Below, in pieces: positions 16,381 through 27,705 of a DNA stretch of 64,000 bases. This DNA is from a virus: positions 35,214-99,213 of the IMG/VR virus record IMGVR_UViG_3300032242_002232. The stretch is one strand, 5' to 3'. The notes under the pieces are model-generated. The model was given only the letters and a program-made list of their open reading frames with translations, ran no database searches and was not told the origin of the DNA. The position numbers and the translations under genes were made by a program. Position 1 is the stretch's first letter. Each line of letters begins with the position of its first letter.

Positions 16381-18058
16381 TGACTTTGAATTTAATGACG
16401 TTGAGCAAGAAGACGATGAAGAATTTGATATTGAATCAATTCTAGAATATGGGGAGGACGATGATGAAGAAGAAGACGAAAATCTTGCTATTGATGATGG
16501 TGATGATGATCCTGACGGTTTTACTCCCCTACACGAAGAAGATCTTGAGAACCAAGATGATGAAATGGATGAGCTTTCTAGAGAATTCGTTGCATCACTT
16601 GTAGAAAAAATTATGTCTTTCATGAAGCTCCTTGTGGGCCATGATCTACACCCATATCAAAAACCTTTAGCCCGTAGAATTATAGAATCCGTTATTATTA
16701 ACGATGGTGAAGAGATAACCGCTCTTGCATCCCGTCAGTCAGGTAAATCAGAGACTGTCGCAGATACTGTGGCAACTTTAATGGTAATTCTCCCAAGACT
16801 AGCAAAAATGTATCCAGACCTACTGGGTAAGTTTCAAGACGGTATCTGGGTTGGTATGTTTGCTCCAGTTCAAGCACAGGCAGAAACTCTTTACTCTAGA
16901 ACTGTATCTCGCTTAACTAGCGAGCACGCACTGGAGATTTTGGGTGACCCTGAAATTGACGATGTTACTGCTAAGTCCCCGGGAGTAACAAGAAACATTA
17001 AACTAAAGCATTCTGGTTCTAGTTTAATGATGATGACAGCTAACCCTAGAGCTAAAATTGAATCTAAGTCATTTCACTTAATGATTATTGATGAGTGTCA
17101 AGAAGCCGATGACTTTATTGTTTCTAAGTCTATTGCCCCTATGGGTGCGTACTACAACGCAACCATGGTAAAGACGGGAACACCTACAACGCATAAAAAC
17201 AACTTCTATAGAGCAATCTCCCTTAACAAAAGAAGACAGGTGGGTAGAAATGGAAAACAAAATCATTTTCAATGGGACTGGAAAGACGTTGCAAAATTTA
17301 ACCCAAACTACGAAAAGTTCATTCGTAAAGAGATGTTACGAGTTGGTGAAGAATCGGATGAGTTTCAACTTTCATACAACTGTAAATGGTTGTTGGAGAG
17401 AGGGATGTTCGTCACATCCTCGATTATGGACGACCTCGGAGATACAAGCCAGGAGATTCAGAAAAGCTACCACGTCTCGCCAGTCGTGGTCGGCATTGAC
17501 CCGGCACGAAAGATGGACTCAACAGTAGTAACTGTTGTTTGGGTTGACTGGGATAGGCCAGATGAGTTTGGTTACTACGACCACAGAATTTTAAACTGGC
17601 TTGAAATCCAAGGCGATGACTGGGAAGAACAGTATTTTCAGATTGTAAACTTTTTAGGTAACTATGACGTCTATGCCGTAGCTATTGACGCCAATGGTGT
17701 TGGTGACGCTGTAGCGCAGCGACTTAAGATGCTTCTACCTAGAGCTGAGGTAATCTCAATTACATCTAGCCCCACTGAGCAATCAAAGCGGTGGAAGCAC
17801 CTTCAGGCTCTTATTCAACGTCAATTGATCTCTTGGCCAGCTCACGCCAAAACACGGCGCCTGCGTACTTGGAAGCGGTTCTATCAACAGATGACTGATG
17901 CCGAAGTTCAATACAAAGGACCTAACTTTTTAGTTGCTGCCCCTGAAGAAGCCCATGCGCACGATGACTTTGTGGACTCATTGTCACTAGCTTGCGCTTT
18001 AACCCAAGAACTAGTAATGCCTACTGTAGAGGTTAGCTCCTCTCCGTTCTTTAAATAA
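16373..18058 (+). CDS. terL: Terminase large subunit
   Basis: LHPYQ, Walker A SRQSGKS, Walker B MIIDE, coupling motif TGT, RNase H-type VGIDPA, DANGVGD, HDDFVDS. Confidence 0.95.
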   Translation: MRDDFEFNDVEQEDDEEFDIESILEYGEDDDEEEDENLAIDDGDDDPDGFTPLHEEDLENQDDEMDELSREFVASLVEKIMSFMKLLVGHDLHPYQKPLARRIIESVIINDGEEITALASRQSGKSETVADTVATLMVILPRLAKMYPDLLGKFQDGIWVGMFAPVQAQAETLYSRTVSRLTSEHALEILGDPEIDDVTAKSPGVTRNIKLKHSGSSLMMMTANPRAKIESKSFHLMIIDECQEADDFIVSKSIAPMGAYYNATMVKTGTPTTHKNNFYRAISLNKRRQVGRNGKQNHFQWDWKDVAKFNPNYEKFIRKEMLRVGEESDEFQLSYNCKWLLERGMFVTSSIMDDLGDTSQEIQKSYHVSPVVVGIDPARKMDSTVVTVVWVDWDRPDEFGYYDHRILNWLEIQGDDWEEQYFQIVNFLGNYDVYAVAIDANGVGDAVAQRLKMLLPRAEVISITSSPTEQSKRWKHLQALIQRQLISWPAHAKTRRLRTWKRFYQQMTDAEVQYKGPNFLVAAPEEAHAHDDFVDSLSLACALTQELVMPTVEVSSSPFFK

Positions 18059-18141
18059 GCTGCGTTTAGCACAAAAAATACACCGAATGGCATCAGAATT
18101 ACACCTGAGGCCCTCAATCTCAACCCTATAGGAGAAAACAA

Positions 18142-18540
18142 ATGGCAATTGCACCAATCCCAGGATCACCTGAGCGAGTAGGCGCTACCTACGAACGCAA
18201 GATGTCCCCTGCAACACCAGGTCTTCGCGGACCACTTCGCTTTGAAGAAGGCGTAGCAACAGACACAGACGTTCCAAATGAATTCCAAACAGGAATCAAC
18301 CAAGGCTACGATGTAGCGCCAAGTCGTCCTAACCATAACTTGGCAGTACATACAAAGTCAGCAGAAGAAACAATGGGCGAGCGTGCTCACGTTGGTTCAG
18401 CTGCATGGGTAGAAGCACCTACTTATATTTCTGAATATGAGTCAGGTAACTTTTCAGATTACGCGGAAGCGTCATTTGAGGAAGTTAACCGCAGTGGATC
18501 ACGTTACCAGCGCCCTAACCCAGCACGAGTTAACGACTAA
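18142..18540 (+). CDS. Hypothetical (probably head-associated) protein
   Basis: AGGAG RBS; lies between terL and portal. Confidence 0.7.
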   Translation: MAIAPIPGSPERVGATYERKMSPATPGLRGPLRFEEGVATDTDVPNEFQTGINQGYDVAPSRPNHNLAVHTKSAEETMGERAHVGSAAWVEAPTYISEYESGNFSDYAEASFEEVNRSGSRYQRPNPARVND

Positions 18541-18557
18541 ATAAGATACACTAAGGC

Positions 18558-18604
18558 GGTACCCGGTCTTGTACCCCTTCTCCGAGACCGGGCACCCCTT
18601 TCTT
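18558..18604 (+). terminator. Hairpin/terminator
   Basis: CCCGGTCTT...GAGACCGGG followed by a T-rich tract. Confidence 0.5.
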
Positions 18605-18617
18605 ATTAGGAGATTAA

Positions 18618-18890
18618 ATGGCTGATAAAGTTCCAATGAACGAACAGCTTTGGAATAGCCTTATGCGTCAAGCTAAGGCTAAATATCCAATTAAAAATCC
18701 TAATGCAAAAACAAGTTTTCCAATTAATGAGTGGGTGTCAAAAGAATACGCAAGACAAGGTGGGCAGTACGTTGAGTCTAAATCTCAAGTGCCACTTAAA
18801 ATGAGAGATCAAAAAGCTCGTGAAGAGACGAAGAAAAAAGCAAAAATTTCAAAAGCAAAACGAGACAAGAAAAGGGCGGGGTTAATCTAA
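18618..18890 (+). CDS. Small basic protein
   Basis: AGGAG RBS; N..LW.....AK.KY......WV.KEY...GG.Y. Confidence 0.7.
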   Translation: MADKVPMNEQLWNSLMRQAKAKYPIKNPNAKTSFPINEWVSKEYARQGGQYVESKSQVPLKMRDQKAREETKKKAKISKAKRDKKRAGLI

Positions 18891-18891
18891 T

Positions 18892-20604
18892 ATGAGTGTT
18901 GATTTTAGCCCACCGTCGTATAGAGCGGCATCCTCTGATTTAACTATTTCTATTTCCCCACTTGGTCTTGTAGAGCTTGCAGATGAAGAGTTTGAAGTAC
19001 ACGGCCCTAGACTAAATAGATACTCTCTTAACTGGGCAATGTACCTTGGTCACCACTGGCCATATCGTCGTGAAGTTGGCGAAGCACAGATGGTGTACAA
19101 CTATTACCGAGCTTTTTCAGATTACTTAATTAACTTCACTTTTGGTCGCGGAGCATCATTCCGTAGTCCACATGCAACAGAGGCAATTGTTCCGGATATC
19201 CTAAAACGTGTTTGGGAAATTGACAACGACAAAGGCGGAGTTCTTTGGGAGATGGGTCAACAGGGCGGAGTCTCTGGGGACTGTTTTGTTAAGGTAGCTT
19301 ATGAAGAACCTTTTGTAGATCCTGTTGGCCGTAAACATCCCGGTAAGGTTAGAATCCTCCCACTAAACGCATCTTTTTGTTTTCCAGAGTTTCACCCCCA
19401 CGATCGCTCACGCCTTATCCGGTTTAAGCTAAAGTATCGTTTCTGGGGAACTTCCCTAGAGGGCACTCGTCAGGTATATACATATACCGAAATCCTCACA
19501 GATGAACGAATTGAAGAATATATTAACGATGAGCTAATTGACTCTAGACCAAACCCAATTGGGTTAGTACCTATTATTCATATACCAAATGTAAGAATCT
19601 CAGGCTCCCCATGGGGTCTTTCTGATTGTCACGACGTAATTGTGCTTAACCGTCAATATAACGAAGTAGCTACCGACATAGCAGACATCATTAACTACCA
19701 TGCGGCGCCCGTTACAGTAATTACCGGCGCTAAGGCCTCGTCCCTAGAAAAGGGACCTAAAAAGGTCTGGGGCGGTCTTCCTAAAGACGCCCAAGTCTTT
19801 AATCTAGAGGGCGGCGGTGCCGGGCTTACTGGCGCCATGCAATATCTAGAAACAGTAAAACGTTCTATGCATGAGATGATCGGTATTCCTGAATCGGCTT
19901 TGGGCCAAATTCAACCTATCTCAAATACTTCTGGAACAGCGCTTGCTATTCAATTCCAACCATTGATGAATCGTTATCAGCAAAAGTTGGTTCAATATTC
20001 AGAGGGTCTTCGTAGAATTAATGAGCTAGTTCTTATGACCATCGGCTTAAAAGAGCCGGAGATGTTCGTATACAACCCCATGTTTAACGGGCCGATAGCC
20101 AAGGATCAGCTTACACAACTAGACCCTAATGACCCACAAACATATCAGTCTGTGGTTCATTTTCCACAACCACTTCCCCTTGACAAGCTTATTGTTCTTA
20201 ATGAAATTCAGAGTAAGATGCAGCTTAACCTTGAAAGCCGTAAGGGTGCTCTACGTACCCTTGGCGAGGAATTCCCAGCTGAGAAGCTTGAAGAAATTCG
20301 TATAGAGCTTATAGAGGATGCTAAATCAGATGGCGCCCTTAACTTACTTCGATCACAGATTAATGCAGCAATTGCATCATTAACCGGAATCCTTCCAAAG
20401 GATGGCGGAGAGATGCCTCCAGGCGCAGAGCCTGGTGATGGTACCGGCCCAGGACCTTCTGGTCAGCCAGGAGTTATGACTCCTTTTGAGGCCGCAACTA
20501 TCGACGAGATGACTTCCGAACTAGTAACCAAGGCATATGGAACAACGATTCCAAAAAACCGTGGGGTAGATACGGAAGAGAACAAATACCCAGGTAATGG
20601 CTAA
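18892..20604 (+). CDS. Portal protein (SPP1 gp6-like)
   Basis: Position after terL; N.IG.VPIIHIPN....WG.SD; SG.AL; 570 aa. Confidence 0.9.
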   Translation: MSVDFSPPSYRAASSDLTISISPLGLVELADEEFEVHGPRLNRYSLNWAMYLGHHWPYRREVGEAQMVYNYYRAFSDYLINFTFGRGASFRSPHATEAIVPDILKRVWEIDNDKGGVLWEMGQQGGVSGDCFVKVAYEEPFVDPVGRKHPGKVRILPLNASFCFPEFHPHDRSRLIRFKLKYRFWGTSLEGTRQVYTYTEILTDERIEEYINDELIDSRPNPIGLVPIIHIPNVRISGSPWGLSDCHDVIVLNRQYNEVATDIADIINYHAAPVTVITGAKASSLEKGPKKVWGGLPKDAQVFNLEGGGAGLTGAMQYLETVKRSMHEMIGIPESALGQIQPISNTSGTALAIQFQPLMNRYQQKLVQYSEGLRRINELVLMTIGLKEPEMFVYNPMFNGPIAKDQLTQLDPNDPQTYQSVVHFPQPLPLDKLIVLNEIQSKMQLNLESRKGALRTLGEEFPAEKLEEIRIELIEDAKSDGALNLLRSQINAAIASLTGILPKDGGEMPPGAEPGDGTGPGPSGQPGVMTPFEAATIDEMTSELVTKAYGTTIPKNRGVDTEENKYPGNG

Positions 20605-20722
20605 TAAGTAGTTTAGCCTGACAAAAACCCTTGTATTTGCGACGCTATACACCACCTAAATCAATCCGCAGGTCATCGTGGCACTAATTCGGACAACGAC
20701 CTCTTACACCTAAGGAACAATT

Positions 20723-21490
20723 ATGTCAGAAGAAACATCTGTTGTTGATTCTCCTGTAGCTATGGAAGCTTTTCAAGCTGAAGTTAATGCAGCAGTTGAA
20801 AACACACAAAACGTTACACCCATTCAACCACAGTCTAATAAATCTTATACTGAGATGGATATACAGCGGGCGCGTGAGCAAGAGAAATCTAAGCTCTACC
20901 CTACTATCGATTCACTCAAAGAAGAGGTAAATCTTCTTAAGAAAGACCGTGAAGAACGACTCGCTTTAGCGGAGTTATCTAAAGCCGAGCAAGAAGCTGA
21001 AAACCGTAAAAAGGCCGAAGCTGAGATGGATGTCCGCCAACTCCTTGAAAATAAGGAAAAAGAATGGGCGGAAAAATTAGAAGCCGAACGCTCAGAGCGC
21101 GAAAAGGCATTCCTACTTTTAGATCGTGAGCGTCAGTATTCAGAACTTACTGAGTACCGTAATGCACGACTTCAACAAGAGCAAGACAATATTCTTCCTG
21201 AATTGCTTGATCTTATTACTGGTAACAACCAAGATGAGATTGAAGCCAGCATTTCAGGGCTCAAGGAGCGATCATCTCGTATCCTTGATTCAGCGCAAGC
21301 TGCTACCCAGAGCTTGCGTCGAGAGATGACAGGGACAAGAACTACTTTGCCCCCAACCCTGGAAAATAACTCGGATCAACAACAGTTTACAGCGGACCAA
21401 ATTGCCGCTATGTCGGTTGCTGACTATGCAAAATACCGTTCAAAGCTACTTCCAAATGTAGGTGCGAATGGCAAGGGAATCTTCGGGTAA
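20723..21490 (+). CDS. Capsid scaffolding protein
   Basis: Charged coiled coil directly before MCP; C-terminal 'I.AMS..DY.KYR'. Confidence 0.8.
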   Translation: MSEETSVVDSPVAMEAFQAEVNAAVENTQNVTPIQPQSNKSYTEMDIQRAREQEKSKLYPTIDSLKEEVNLLKKDREERLALAELSKAEQEAENRKKAEAEMDVRQLLENKEKEWAEKLEAERSEREKAFLLLDRERQYSELTEYRNARLQQEQDNILPELLDLITGNNQDEIEASISGLKERSSRILDSAQAATQSLRREMTGTRTTLPPTLENNSDQQQFTADQIAAMSVADYAKYRSKLLPNVGANGKGIFG

Positions 21491-21541
21491 GAAAAAGCAA
21501 TTCAACTTCAATTAATTAATTAACTAAGGAGTAAAACCGAC

Positions 21542-22618
21542 ATGGCATCAGCCGTAACAGGTACCGGCAATCTAGCCGCTGCCCCAACAGCGTATTCTGG
21601 CGCTAACAGCCAGCTTACACAAGCAATTCAGACCATCTGGTCTAAGGAAATTCTATTCCAGTCAATGCCAATTCTACGCTTCGAGCAGTTCGCTGTTAAG
21701 AAGACAGAACTTGGAGTTGCACCTGGTCTCCAGATCAACTTCATGCGTTATAACAACCTCGGATTTGCATCTTCACTCGTTGAAGGTGTCCGTATGTCAA
21801 CAAACGCATTGACAGCACAGCAGTTCTCAATCACTGTTGCTGAGCACGGATACGCAATCGCAGTATCAGAGCTCCTACTTAACGCATCATTTGATGACGT
21901 TATGGCATCAGCTTCACGTCTTCTTGGACGTAACATGGCTCTCTACCTTGATGGCCAGGCTCGTGACACACTTATGGCAGCATCTTCTGTCATCTACGGC
22001 TATGACCGTACAGGTGTTTCAGGAACTAACTCATGGTACGACGCAGGAACAGCAGCAACATCACGTGCAGAGCTCACAGGTACTTCATACCTAACAACAG
22101 CAACCGTTAAGGACGCAGTTGAGACTCTAGCAACCAAGAACATCCCTCGCCTAGGTGAGACATATGTTGCTTTCGTTCACCCTCACCAATCTCGTCGTCT
22201 TCGTGACAACGCAGAATTCATCGAAGTTACAAAGTACGCAGCTCCAGGTAACTTCATGCTCGGTGAAATCGGTCGTCTATACGACACAGTATTCATTGAA
22301 ACAACACAGGTACAGAAGGTAACTAACGGAGCTGGCTCAGGCTACTCTGCAGATACTAACGTAGCTGCATCATCAATCGTTTACCCAACTGGTGGAGGAT
22401 ACACAACACCAGTAACAAAGACAGGTAATGGTAACAAGGATCGTTACTCAGCTATCTTTATTGGTGACAACGCATTTGGTCACGCTATCTCTCTTCCAGT
22501 CGAACTCCGCGATGGCGGTATTCTTGACTTCGGTCGTGAGCATGCGCTTGCTTGGTACGCTATCTACGGTCTCGGTCTTATTACTGACCAGTCTGTATTG
22601 ATCGCAGAAACCAACTAA
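21542..22618 (+). CDS. Major capsid protein (N4-gp56-like, HK97 fold)
   Basis: IWSKEIL...LRFEQFA, YVAFVHP.Q...LR, GEIGRL...FIET, DFGR..LAWY. Confidence 0.93.
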   Translation: MASAVTGTGNLAAAPTAYSGANSQLTQAIQTIWSKEILFQSMPILRFEQFAVKKTELGVAPGLQINFMRYNNLGFASSLVEGVRMSTNALTAQQFSITVAEHGYAIAVSELLLNASFDDVMASASRLLGRNMALYLDGQARDTLMAASSVIYGYDRTGVSGTNSWYDAGTAATSRAELTGTSYLTTATVKDAVETLATKNIPRLGETYVAFVHPHQSRRLRDNAEFIEVTKYAAPGNFMLGEIGRLYDTVFIETTQVQKVTNGAGSGYSADTNVAASSIVYPTGGGYTTPVTKTGNGNKDRYSAIFIGDNAFGHAISLPVELRDGGILDFGREHALAWYAIYGLGLITDQSVLIAETN

Positions 22619-22628
22619 TTTAAGTAAG

Positions 22629-22658
22629 GGGAGGCTGGGCTTTAAAATCCAGCCTCCC
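22629..22658 (+). terminator. Hairpin after the capsid gene
   Basis: GGGAGGCTGG/CCAGCCTCCC 10-bp stem, no U tract. Confidence 0.5.
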
Positions 22659-22688
22659 AACACAAACAATCCAAGGAGAATAATAATC

Positions 22689-23054
22689 GTGGCAAAAGCA
22701 AAAGTAACAGACGTAACAGGCCGTCAGCGTGAAGAACAGATCAAGGCTAACGCCGAAGAGATCCAAAAACGCGCTTCAGAAATGTCAATGGCTTCTATGG
22801 AAGCCCAGGCAAAACTAGACACAGAAGTCGTCGACTTAACAGTTGAGGGCAAAGCAACAGTAATTGATGAAGTAGAAGATCTGGGAGTAGACCTCGCAGA
22901 TGACACAGCCGTCATTCGTGTTGCAGAAGACCTAGATTTCGTAACAATCGGCGTAGGAAATCATTTTTCTTTTAAAGCCGGACAGAAGTACAAAGTTGCA
23001 AAGCACGTAGCAGTACATTTGCAGGAAAAGGGTTACTTGTACGACCGTCTATAA
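22689..23054 (+). CDS. Hypothetical head-associated protein
   Basis: AAGGAG RBS; F..G.KYKV...VA.HL..KGY. Confidence 0.7.
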   Translation: MAKAKVTDVTGRQREEQIKANAEEIQKRASEMSMASMEAQAKLDTEVVDLTVEGKATVIDEVEDLGVDLADDTAVIRVAEDLDFVTIGVGNHFSFKAGQKYKVAKHVAVHLQEKGYLYDRL

Positions 23055-23073
23055 CCTGCTACACATCTAGATC

Positions 23074-23121
23074 GCCCAACTCCGACGACTGCCCTCTTGT
23101 CGGGGTTGGGCCCTTTATTTT
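23074..23121 (+). terminator. Rho-independent terminator
   Basis: GCCCAACTCCGAC...GTCGGGGTTGGGC plus T-rich tail. Confidence 0.65.
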
Positions 23122-23179
23122 AGGCAGACTATCTTCTTGTATTGCAGGATGATAAGCCCATAGCTATCTGGAGGATTAA

Positions 23180-24268
23180 GTGGCAACGATTCAAGTTCTT
23201 TCTAATCGGCTTAGAGCTGAGATCGGCGACTTAGGAAGATCGTTTACTGAAACATTTACCGGTGATGGGGTTACTAAAAGATTTCAACTCCCTTACGCTC
23301 CAGTAAATGGAAGAAGTCTAAGAGTTACAGTAAATGGTTCTGACCAATCCCCAACAACTTCAGTAGAAGAAGTTAACGGTCTATTTGAGTTAAGCATTAT
23401 CCCATCTAACAATGCCGTCATCAGTGTTTCCGGCGTTGCTTATAAGTATTTTACCGACACTGAAATTCAATACTACATTAGCCAAGCTTTCTATGAGCAT
23501 GCCCATACAGCCACAGATAGCAATGGAAGCCTAAATACCCTAGCTAGCATGCCCTTTGTAGAAGAATATCCGCTAGTAACTCTTGCCACCTCTATGGCAC
23601 TTTATACGCTGGCTACCGACGCCTCTTTTGATATTGACATTGCCTCGCCTGATGGGGTCACTATCCCCCGTTCACAGCGATATCGCCAACTAATGGAGAT
23701 GGTACAAAGCAGAAAAGAACAATATAAAGAACTTTGTTCAATGCTGGGTGTCGGTATGTTTAGGATCGAAGTGCAGACTCTTCGCAGAATTAGCCGACGC
23801 ACAAACCGTTATGTACCTGTTTATCGTCCTCAAGAACTTGATGACGGATCCCTCCCAATTAGAGTTTCATTACCTATGCCTACTTATGGGGACATGACTC
23901 CTCCGGGACCCGCGGAACCTAAAGATCTATTTGTTGTTGCCGGAGATAGTTTTTCTAAATCATTTGTTTTTGATCATGATCTTACTACCTACACACCAGC
24001 GGCCCAATTACGTTTATTTCCCGAAATTCCGGCGGATCAAGTTGGCCCACTGCTTCTTGCAAACTTTACCATTACAAAGTCAGCTTCAGTTGTGGGGGGC
24101 ACCTTAAACACCCTAACGCTATACTTAAGCGGTACAGCTACAACAGACTTGCCACGCACATGCTACTGGGATCTTCAGATGACTAATAACTCGGACGGAA
24201 CTGTTAAGACATACGTGTCTGGCAAGTTCTTTACTAAACCTCAAGTTACTACCACCCAAGGAAATTAA
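23180..24268 (+). CDS. Head-tail adaptor/neck protein with C-terminal Ig-like domain
   Basis: LR.EIGD...FTD.EI.Y; C-terminal 'GD.F...F..D...Y...AQ.R...YWDLQ....G'. Confidence 0.65.
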   Translation: MATIQVLSNRLRAEIGDLGRSFTETFTGDGVTKRFQLPYAPVNGRSLRVTVNGSDQSPTTSVEEVNGLFELSIIPSNNAVISVSGVAYKYFTDTEIQYYISQAFYEHAHTATDSNGSLNTLASMPFVEEYPLVTLATSMALYTLATDASFDIDIASPDGVTIPRSQRYRQLMEMVQSRKEQYKELCSMLGVGMFRIEVQTLRRISRRTNRYVPVYRPQELDDGSLPIRVSLPMPTYGDMTPPGPAEPKDLFVVAGDSFSKSFVFDHDLTTYTPAAQLRLFPEIPADQVGPLLLANFTITKSASVVGGTLNTLTLYLSGTATTDLPRTCYWDLQMTNNSDGTVKTYVSGKFFTKPQVTTTQGN

Positions 24269-26436
24269 TGGCTAACACACCTAATTTAATCGGAATGCCG
24301 GATGATGCAAGTAATGATCCTTCGGTCTATCTCCTTGGAATAAATAACTCTAACGGAGCTACTGGCCCAACAGGAACACAAGGTCCACAAGGACCAACAG
24401 GACCTACAGGTTCTAAAGGCGCAACCGGTGCTACCGGTGTAGGCGCAACCGGTGCAACTGGTCCATCTGGACCATCAGGTCCAACAGGTTCTACAGGTCC
24501 GCAAGGAAATGTAGGTCCAACAGGTAATACTGGTCCTACCGGTATTCAAGGAAATATTGGAGCAACAGGCCCTACAGGTGCCGCGTCAACAGTTCCAGGT
24601 CCTACAGGTTCACAAGGCTCTACTGGCCCAACAGGTCAACAAGGGCCGACAGGGCCGACAGGATCTAAGGGTGATACTGGTTCAATCGGTGCTACCGGTT
24701 CTACTGGCGCAACTGGTCCTATTGGGCCACTCGGAGCAACAGGTACTCAAGGTCCCACAGGACCAACTGGCTCTACAGGTGCAACAGGTTTGCAGGGTGT
24801 TACTGGACCCTCTGGCCCAACAGGCGGACAAGGAATTCAAGGATCAACTGGTCCTTCAGGAGCTACAGGTGTAGCTGGTCCACAAGGAAATACAGGACCT
24901 ACAGGTTCTAAAGGCGACACAGGTCCACAAGGCGTAACAGGTCCACAAGGTCCTTGGGGCGTAACTGGACCTACAGGTTCACAAGGTACCCAAGGTTTAC
25001 AGGGTAATACTGGTCCTACTGGTGCCACTGGTGGTCAAGGTCAAATTGGACCAACAGGTGTAACGGGACCAACAGGCGCTACTGGTGCTGCATCAACAGT
25101 GCCTGGCCCAACTGGTGCACAGGGACCAACAGGTCCACAAGGTATTTCAATCAAATACCAAGGAACACTTGGTAGCGTTGGAGCACTTCAATCTATTACA
25201 GGCCAAACTATAAATGATGCATACATCATTGGTAAAGATCTTTGGGTTTGGGAAGGCAACACTTGGGATAACGTAGGTGCAATTGTTGGTCCAACTGGTC
25301 CTATTGGTTTAACTGGTCCTACTGGAGCTACGGGCTCCACTGGTGCCGCATCTACCGTTGCTGGGCCAACAGGATCAACAGGACCTACTGGTTCTGTGGG
25401 ACCAACAGGTTCTACTGGTCCGCAAGGTACCCAAGGTATTCAAGGTGCAACCGGATCTACTGGCGCAACAGGATCTACTGGTCCTACTGGCGCCGCTAGC
25501 ACAATCCCAGGACCAACGGGATCAACTGGCGCTACCGGTGCCGGACTTAACGTACTCGGCACATACTCAACTCTTTCAGCGCTTCAAGCTGCGCGCCCAA
25601 CAGGCACTGCTGGTGATGCATATATTGTTGCAGGCAGTTTATATGTTTGGAATGGTTCTGCATGGACACTTGGTGGAAACATTCAAGGACCAACAGGCGG
25701 TACCGGTGCAACGGGAGCAACAGGATCAACAGGTGCAACAGGTTCTACTGGATCAACTGGCTCTAAAGGTGATACTGGTCCAGGTAAATTTACATTTGCA
25801 ACAACCCCACCATCTAACCCTGTACTCGGAGATCATTGGATTGAAGATGCAACGGGAATTGAATATACATGGAGCACAGATGGCGTAAGTACTTTTTGGG
25901 TAGAGCTTGTTCCTACAGGTTATTTAGGACCTACTGGCCCACAAGGTCCTACCGGAGCAGCCTCTACAATACCTGGCCCTACAGGTCCGACAGGTAATAC
26001 CGGTGCTACAGGAGCAACAGGCGCCAGCGTTACTGGCCCACAAGGACCTACAGGTTCTACTGGCGCAACAGGGGCAACCGGCTCAACGGGGTCTATCGGC
26101 GCTACAGGTCCAGGATCTACATACACAATTTCTTATCCTTCCGGGTCTTATATTGTTACAACTGACGACACAGCCACCTCGTTCTATATGGCCTCAAATA
26201 CTTCGGTAAACTTTCAGTTGCCGGCTAATATATCTTCACCTATACCTATTGGGTCAACAGTAACAGTTACTCAGTATGGTCTAGGTCAGGTGACTATCTC
26301 CGCCTATTTAGGTACAGCATCTATTGTCTCTAATGCATCTACAGCAAATTCTCCTAAGCTTAGGGCGCAATTTTCTTCAGCAACATGCGTAAAAATTGGA
26401 TTAGATTCGTGGCATGTAATTGGAGACATAATTTAA
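24268..26436 (+). CDS. Collagen triple-helix fibre protein
   Basis: Long (G-X-Y)n tracts, mainly GPT/GAT/GST, interrupted by short globular knots. Confidence 0.9.
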   Translation: MANTPNLIGMPDDASNDPSVYLLGINNSNGATGPTGTQGPQGPTGPTGSKGATGATGVGATGATGPSGPSGPTGSTGPQGNVGPTGNTGPTGIQGNIGATGPTGAASTVPGPTGSQGSTGPTGQQGPTGPTGSKGDTGSIGATGSTGATGPIGPLGATGTQGPTGPTGSTGATGLQGVTGPSGPTGGQGIQGSTGPSGATGVAGPQGNTGPTGSKGDTGPQGVTGPQGPWGVTGPTGSQGTQGLQGNTGPTGATGGQGQIGPTGVTGPTGATGAASTVPGPTGAQGPTGPQGISIKYQGTLGSVGALQSITGQTINDAYIIGKDLWVWEGNTWDNVGAIVGPTGPIGLTGPTGATGSTGAASTVAGPTGSTGPTGSVGPTGSTGPQGTQGIQGATGSTGATGSTGPTGAASTIPGPTGSTGATGAGLNVLGTYSTLSALQAARPTGTAGDAYIVAGSLYVWNGSAWTLGGNIQGPTGGTGATGATGSTGATGSTGSTGSKGDTGPGKFTFATTPPSNPVLGDHWIEDATGIEYTWSTDGVSTFWVELVPTGYLGPTGPQGPTGAASTIPGPTGPTGNTGATGATGASVTGPQGPTGSTGATGATGSTGSIGATGPGSTYTISYPSGSYIVTTDDTATSFYMASNTSVNFQLPANISSPIPIGSTVTVTQYGLGQVTISAYLGTASIVSNASTANSPKLRAQFSSATCVKIGLDSWHVIGDII

Positions 26437-27320
26437 TGAGGAGCGCGCTGTACATAGCTTCTCAATCCTCACGCCACACAGGGGTTGTCTATAGACCAGT
26501 TAATATGATCCCTACTCCCGTGAGTAACTTTCAAGTTAGGGTTGTATTAACACCTTCCAACTTTAACTACTCCAAAGCAAGGAGTGATGGAAGAGACATT
26601 AGGTTTTACGAAAATACCAACTTCTCATCACCATTACCTATGTGGTTAGAGTCTTGGAACTATAATGGAAATTCTGCAATATGGGTAAAGGTCGCGTCAC
26701 AAAGTAAATCCCTTATGTACATGACCTATGGCAGCTCTTCTTTAACCTCCATATCTAATATTGATACCGTTATGGAAAATGGTATGCAGTTTGGTTACTT
26801 TGCAAGTACCGTACAGGGAGCCGGAGTTGGGGCTTTTAATAGCCTTCAATTTTCTGGTATAGACCCTGTTATGAGCACTGATTGGGGTTCCGGCACAGTA
26901 TCTATTAACGGGTTGGGAAGCCTAGCTGACTATGTCTCAATAAGATGGCGTGGATGGGTGAAGCCTTATGAGTCCGGAAACCATACATTTTATTTCACAA
27001 CAGATGATGGAAGCCGAATGTACATAGGCCCAGATTCCTCATATAATTCAAACCCAGCTTGGACAATAAATAGCTGGATTGATCAAGGTCCAACAGAATA
27101 TTCAGGAACCGTGTCTATAACCGACGGTGTTCCGAGGTATATGCAAAAAGAGTGGTTTGAAACTGGTGGTGGTGCAACGGCCTTGACTGGATGGGCAACC
27201 CCTAGCGTACTTAAAGTATACCCAATTACATCTGGTTACTTAAAGGCACCAAAATATGACTCTTCTTATTCAGATTCTTTTGGTTATTCCGCAACCGTTG
27301 GTTCAGAAATTACTATCTAA
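26436..27320 (+). CDS. DUF2341 + PA14 carbohydrate-binding virion protein
   Basis: F.YSKA..DGRDIRF...L..W.E.W......IWVK; SIRWRG.....G.HTF..TTDDG.R. Confidence 0.8.
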   Translation: MRSALYIASQSSRHTGVVYRPVNMIPTPVSNFQVRVVLTPSNFNYSKARSDGRDIRFYENTNFSSPLPMWLESWNYNGNSAIWVKVASQSKSLMYMTYGSSSLTSISNIDTVMENGMQFGYFASTVQGAGVGAFNSLQFSGIDPVMSTDWGSGTVSINGLGSLADYVSIRWRGWVKPYESGNHTFYFTTDDGSRMYIGPDSSYNSNPAWTINSWIDQGPTEYSGTVSITDGVPRYMQKEWFETGGGATALTGWATPSVLKVYPITSGYLKAPKYDSSYSDSFGYSATVGSEITI

Positions 27321-27342
27321 GAGAGCGTAAGGTAAAAAATAA

Positions 27343-27705
27343 ATGGCAATTAGTTTCCCAGCGTCCCCAACGCTTAATCAAGTCTATACATACGGTAATC
27401 GTAGTTGGAAGTGGACAGGTACAGCTTGGGTTTCACAAAGCGTATCTACAGCCCCAACAGGTCCAACAGGCCCAACTGGAGCAACTGGATCTGCATCTAC
27501 AGTTCCTGGACCACAGGGACCAACTGGTGCGACAGGATCTACCGGAGCAACAGGCGCCACGGGAGCTGCATCTACAGTTGCGGGACCGACAGGTTCAACG
27601 GGACCAACGGGTGCTCAAGGGTATAGTATTGTCAACTTAGACGGTGGATTTCCAGATAGTACGTATGGTGGAATCACAGCAGTAGATCTTGGAGGAGTTA
27701 GCTGA
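27343..27705 (+). CDS. Short collagen-repeat fibre protein
   Basis: MAISFP.SP....W.W.G..W head; GXY tract; LDGG..DLGG tail. Confidence 0.8.
   Translation: MAISFPASPTLNQVYTYGNRSWKWTGTAWVSQSVSTAPTGPTGPTGATGSASTVPGPQGPTGATGSTGATGATGAASTVAGPTGSTGPTGAQGYSIVNLDGGFPDSTYGGITAVDLGGVS

Noticed and set aside
24557-25888. Gln/Leu-rich alternate-frame ORFs and apparent DNA repeats
   Set aside because: By-products of collagen GXY codon periodicity; not CRISPR or separate genes
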